Source: an uncultured Planctomycetia bacterium (GTDB taxonomy: Bacteria > Planctomycetota > UBA8108 > UBA8890 > UBA8898). From it: DNA of 32,355 nt. The position numbers and the translations under genes are program-made. The DNA lies in assembly GCA_964529985.1 (NCBI GenBank), contig CAZGYL010000002.1:1-32355 (forward strand), read 5' to 3'. The number at the start of each line of letters is the position of its first letter. The stretch's first letter is position 1. The notes under the pieces are model-generated. The model worked only from the letters and a program-made list of their open reading frames with translations, was not told the origin of the DNA and searched no databases. Below are positions 29,801 to 32,355 of the stretch, piece by piece.

Positions 29801-32355
29801 TTTCATTGCAGGCGGCAGGGTTTATTACGATGTCGGGGTGCGGTTCCGAGGGGATGACACGCGCGCGGCCGAGCCGCATAACTTCAGATTGGATTTCCCG
29901 GACGCAGAGAGGTTCATGGGCCGCAAGCACCTTGATCTGAATGCACACTTCCCTTGGAACCAGTACCTTGCATTCAGGCTCTTCGCCGCAGCCGACGTGC
30001 CTGCTCCCGGCGCGCGTCTGGTGAGGGTTCTGCTTAACGGTGATCTGCGCGAGCCTTACGTAGAAGTGGAAGCAGTGGATAAGCCTTTTCTGAAACGCCT
30101 CTTTGCAGGCGACGACGAGGGCAACCTTTACCGAGGCGCGGCCGAGGCCGATCTGAGTTACCTCGGCCCTGATAAGGAGGCGTACCGGGGTCGTTATCAA
30201 AAGCGGACTAAACGCGAGGAGGATGATTGGAGCGATCTTATTTCGCTTTGTAAGGCCTTTACCGATTCAAGCGACCAAGAGTTTCCCTCAGCAATCGAGG
30301 CTTACATAGATGTGGACGAATGGCTCCGGTATCTTGCCGTACAAGCTGTCATCGGAAATGCAGGAGAAGCTCTCCAAACCGGCGTTGGAGATGATTACTT
30401 TCTTTACCGCAGGCCGAGCGACGGCAAGTTCGTGATCATACCCTGGGACATGGATGAAGCGTTCAGCCTGACCGACGGGGAGCTTACAGGCGGCGCGGTG
30501 CAGCCGCTTGAACGCCTGCGCTCGCACCCGGCTTTAAGCGGCCGCTATTTCAGCTACGTTATCTCTTTCTCTCAGAGCTTTCTCAGCCAGGACGGTATGG
30601 CCGCTTTTCTGGGAGATATAGCACAGGATATACCTCAACAGGAGATAAACCGGCTTACGAATTTCGCCTCGCTCAGAAGTGCTTTCATAGAGCAAGCCGT
30701 CCCCACTTCTCTTACGGTTGAGCTTGAATCCGGAACCTTGGCTGAAGCGGGCCGCATGTGGCGCTTCTTCAGGGGAAAACAGGAGCCGAGCGGCGGGACA
30801 CTCCAGTGGACCTCCCCTTCTTTTGACGACAGCTCCTGGGAAGAGGGCCCCGGGGGTTTCGGCTACGGAGACAACGACGATGCCACCGTGCTTGCGGACA
30901 TGATGAATTCCTACAGCACGGTCTACATACGCACTCGTTTCTTTGTTGAAGATCCTTCGGAGATAAGTGAGCTGGCCCTGTCCGTTGACTTTGATGATGG
31001 GTTTGTGGCGTACTTGAACGGTGTTGAGATCGCTCGTGCCAATGCACCGGGGGAAGCAGGCTCGCCGGTGCCTTTCGACGCCCTGGCGACAGCGGACCAT
31101 GAGGCGGGCGCACCTGTTTCCTTCAGGATCCCCGATCCGCAAGCCGTGCTTGTCGCAGGTGAAAACGTGCTTGCGGTCCAGGGGCTTAATGTGGCGCTCG
31201 GAAGCAGTGATCTGTCGCTTGCCGTTTCTTTGGGCCTGGGTTCTGTCGTGGATAATGAGTGCCCGGGCTTGATCTATGTTGCAGGAGCAAGCCTGATCGC
31301 CGCCGGTACAGCTCCCGTGATTTCAACTGCTGAGGTGCGGATCAACGGCACTAAGGTGGCTTTTGACAACCTAACCGGCCGCTTCGAGGGACAAGTCGAA
31401 CTTGTGCCCGGGGAGCAATCGATTGTGGTTGAGGCTCTTGATTCAGATGGGTTGGTAGTGGAGAGCAAGACGCTTGACCTTATCGGAGTCAGCACTTTGG
31501 GCGGAACGCTTACAGGTGCAGTGACGCTTTCGGCCGAGCGCAGTCCGTACTTCGTTTCCGGGACGGTGACCGTGCCTGCAGGGTCGAGTTTGACGATCGA
31601 GCCCGGCGTACGCTTTATCATCGATTCGCGGGGCAGGTTCCTTGTACGGGGAAAGATTCAGGCGCTCGGCACTGAAGAAGCGCCGATCCTCTTTGAGCGC
31701 AAGCCGTGTATCAGCTATTGGGGCGGAATACGCCTTGAGAATACTCGCGAAGACAACGTGCTGCAGTGGTGCCGCATATCGAGGGTGTCTGCGATCGGGG
31801 CTGTGTACGCCGGGTCAAGCAAGCTTACCGTGGACAGTTGCCTTATAACGAGAATCGACGGCGAAGGGCTTTACACTCCCGGGTGCGATCTCCATGTTTA
31901 CAACACGGAGATTTCCTATACACACGAGGCGATAAGCGCCGACGGCTGCAGGCCGGCGGTTTTTGAGTACCTCTACGTGCACAATCTCATCGGAAAGGCC
32001 GATTGTATAGATCCCAACGCATGTCATCCTGCTTATATCCGGTATTGCCTCTTGGAAAAGACAAGTGATGACGGAATAGATGCAGACCGCGGAACCGTTG
32101 AGGCCATAGGGAACGAGATCAGGAACTGCGGAGATCAGGCTATAAGCCTTGTTGGCCGCGGGAACAGCTATTTGGCGTTCAATGTACTTCACCATTGTAA
32201 TTACGGTGTGGCGCTTAAGGACAGCCACCGGGCCGTATTGGATCACAACACGATAGTTGACAACCGCACCGCGGGGATCAGGCTTTACGAAAAAAACGCC
32301 GGCCGGGGCGGGGGCCATGCAACGGTGAAAAGTTGCATTGTGTATTTAAACGGCC
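26817..32355 (+). CDS. Tandem paralogue of the preceding giant LTD/CotH/beta-helix protein; 3' end lies beyond the window (at least 1846 aa seen)
   Basis: This ORF is not in the supplied track because no stop occurs before the window edge. AGGAGG (26806-26811) lies 5 nt before ATG 26817, which is 18 nt after the upstream TGA. My translation begins MRTRGTRVGRGLGAVLVAAVFAFAGALSAGSPFALKINELNYHPASDQESLSFVELFNAGG. I spot-checked the frame at 27420, 27975, 29340, 30180, 31260, 31620 and 32280; all were in frame with no stop. The domain order is co-linear with copy 1: LTD, WRYFKG modules at 27420 and 27975, two LTDs, Ig-like domain, CotH (29697-30705, GDDYFLYRRPSDGKFVIIPWDMDEAF), a module at 30759, then beta-helix repeats to the last codon (…HATVKSCIVYLNG). 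Confidence 0.85.
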   Translation, partial: MRTRGTRVGRGLGAVLVAAVFAFAGALSAGSPFALKINELNYHPASDQESLSFVELFNAGGGQIDLTGFRLEGDVRYNFGHVTVGPRAYLVVVKDLQTARSAFGEVRMVGNFSGNLGHGGGLVRLVDAGGRVVDEVRYDDSYPWPERCDGRGPSLERRSPYAPAQWADSWHASLTLNGTPGLKNSTYRALEDQVLVSQGALWRYFKGTADPPEGWLLPGFDDSSWQSGASGFGYGDDDDATILDDMQQIAGQQDGYTTLFIRIRFTLSKLNYLRLHLHVRYDDGFVAYLNGVRVARAYAPQEPITHDMLAAGLHEAGPSFQVFDISNAVSALRVGENVLALVGFNASPDSSDFTLDPYLTATREVTGLEEIGGRPVRETVIPAGASWRYAKGTGEPDSAWRAVDFDDTAWEEGPAGFGYGDDDDATVLSDMRGNYTTVYLRRNFTIDDMTGLVGVHLVIDYDDGFVAYLNGTEVARSLAPGQPGDPVPYNATATGSHEAGTPVDFDISSALDLLVAGENCLAVIGLNSSLTSGDFSLNPRLDLVREIPADSGALQCKVRINEIAPASRGGWVELFNTGGAQWDLSGYCLSVDPRAPCAYTFPEGTQIPAGEFLLIDQAELGFELPDESTITLTDPSGFILVDSISYALGVAGASCARYPDGSGTPQVVLEATSGAPNAPPPRFGVVINEIMYHPLTPGGGKEVHWLELLNTSGQVLDLSGFRFTKGLDFEIPEGTTIDPGGFLVVSPDPQAVSDAYGISRVVGGFDGGLKNDGEVIELRDNLGNIADTVPYADDGSWPREPDGTGPSLELINPEYPNEVGSAWAASTGTGTPGEANSAFSDNPPPIIAWVRHAPLVPTSNDAVLVTCLVASPSEPVESVTLSWRRDGEDNWSEVPMADDGANGDGAAGDGIWGAQIDPQPDGTIVCFRVTVLARDGRQAYAPLRYSTDPSACLLYQVQDALPLSDLPTYRIVMKASDLAELRNRDPASDELLPATFIAGGRVYYDVGVRFRGDDTRAAEPHNFRLDFPDAERFMGRKHLDLNAHFPWNQYLAFRLFAAADVPAPGARLVRVLLNGDLREPYVEVEAVDKPFLKRLFAGDDEGNLYRGAAEADLSYLGPDKEAYRGRYQKRTKREEDDWSDLISLCKAFTDSSDQEFPSAIEAYIDVDEWLRYLAVQAVIGNAGEALQTGVGDDYFLYRRPSDGKFVIIPWDMDEAFSLTDGELTGGAVQPLERLRSHPALSGRYFSYVISFSQSFLSQDGMAAFLGDIAQDIPQQEINRLTNFASLRSAFIEQAVPTSLTVELESGTLAEAGRMWRFFRGKQEPSGGTLQWTSPSFDDSSWEEGPGGFGYGDNDDATVLADMMNSYSTVYIRTRFFVEDPSEISELALSVDFDDGFVAYLNGVEIARANAPGEAGSPVPFDALATADHEAGAPVSFRIPDPQAVLVAGENVLAVQGLNVALGSSDLSLAVSLGLGSVVDNECPGLIYVAGASLIAAGTAPVISTAEVRINGTKVAFDNLTGRFEGQVELVPGEQSIVVEALDSDGLVVESKTLDLIGVSTLGGTLTGAVTLSAERSPYFVSGTVTVPAGSSLTIEPGVRFIIDSRGRFLVRGKIQALGTEEAPILFERKPCISYWGGIRLENTREDNVLQWCRISRVSAIGAVYAGSSKLTVDSCLITRIDGEGLYTPGCDLHVYNTEISYTHEAISADGCRPAVFEYLYVHNLIGKADCIDPNACHPAYIRYCLLEKTSDDGIDADRGTVEAIGNEIRNCGDQAISLVGRGNSYLAFNVLHHCNYGVALKDSHRAVLDHNTIVDNRTAGIRLYEKNAGRGGGHATVKSCIVYLNG
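29697..30705 (+). other. CotH (atypical protein-kinase-like) domain, copy 2
   Basis: YRIVMKASDLAEL, YYDVGVRFRGDDTRAAEPHNFRLDF, NLYRGA, VDEWLRYLAVQAVI, DDYFLYRRPSDGKFVIIPWDMDEAF. Boundaries are approximate. Confidence 0.7.

Overview
All calls below come from reading the supplied translations and the DNA by eye. No HMM, BLAST or folding program was run.

The window is a moderately GC-rich bacterial chromosomal segment. Almost every gene has a canonical GGAGG-type Shine-Dalgarno site 5-11 nt upstream. I saw no rRNA, tRNA, CRISPR array, transposase or integrase.

Left third (1-11.4 kb), mixed metabolic and accessory genes:
- the 3' end of a TolC/NodT-type outer-membrane efflux factor
- a secreted Cys-type sulfatase
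- desulfoferrodoxin, a marker of an anaerobic or microaerophilic lifestyle
- a stand-alone FMN-binding glutamate-synthase-family protein, followed by a textbook intrinsic terminator
- a divergently transcribed NrpR-like (archaeal-type nitrogen repressor) regulator; the shared spacer carries an array of GGCA-N4-TGCC palindromes
- a 1323-aa fusion of a penicillin-acylase-family Ntn hydrolase, a GH43 beta-propeller and an unrecognisable C-terminal domain
- a Gfo/Idh/MocA oxidoreductase

Right two thirds (11.6-32.4 kb), four genes for secreted giant or multidomain proteins:
- (i) a 7-bladed FG-GAP propeller, 14 tandem 81-aa Ig/FN3-like repeats and a dockerin-like tail
- (ii) a 350-aa protein with a cohesin-like domain, an IPT/TIG domain and a dockerin-like tail
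- (iii) a 2749-aa protein with three lamin-tail domains, three copies of an unassigned ~180-aa module, a CotH kinase-like domain, a right-handed beta-helix, seven FN3 domains, an IPT domain and a dockerin-like tail
- (iv) a tandem paralogue of (iii) that runs off the right edge. It is absent from the ORF track because it has no stop codon in the window.

The side-by-side cohesin-like receptor and dockerin-tailed cargo form the most interesting candidate system: a non-cellulosomal extracellular assembly. The gene content resembles anaerobic PVC-type glycan degraders, but that taxonomic guess is inference only.
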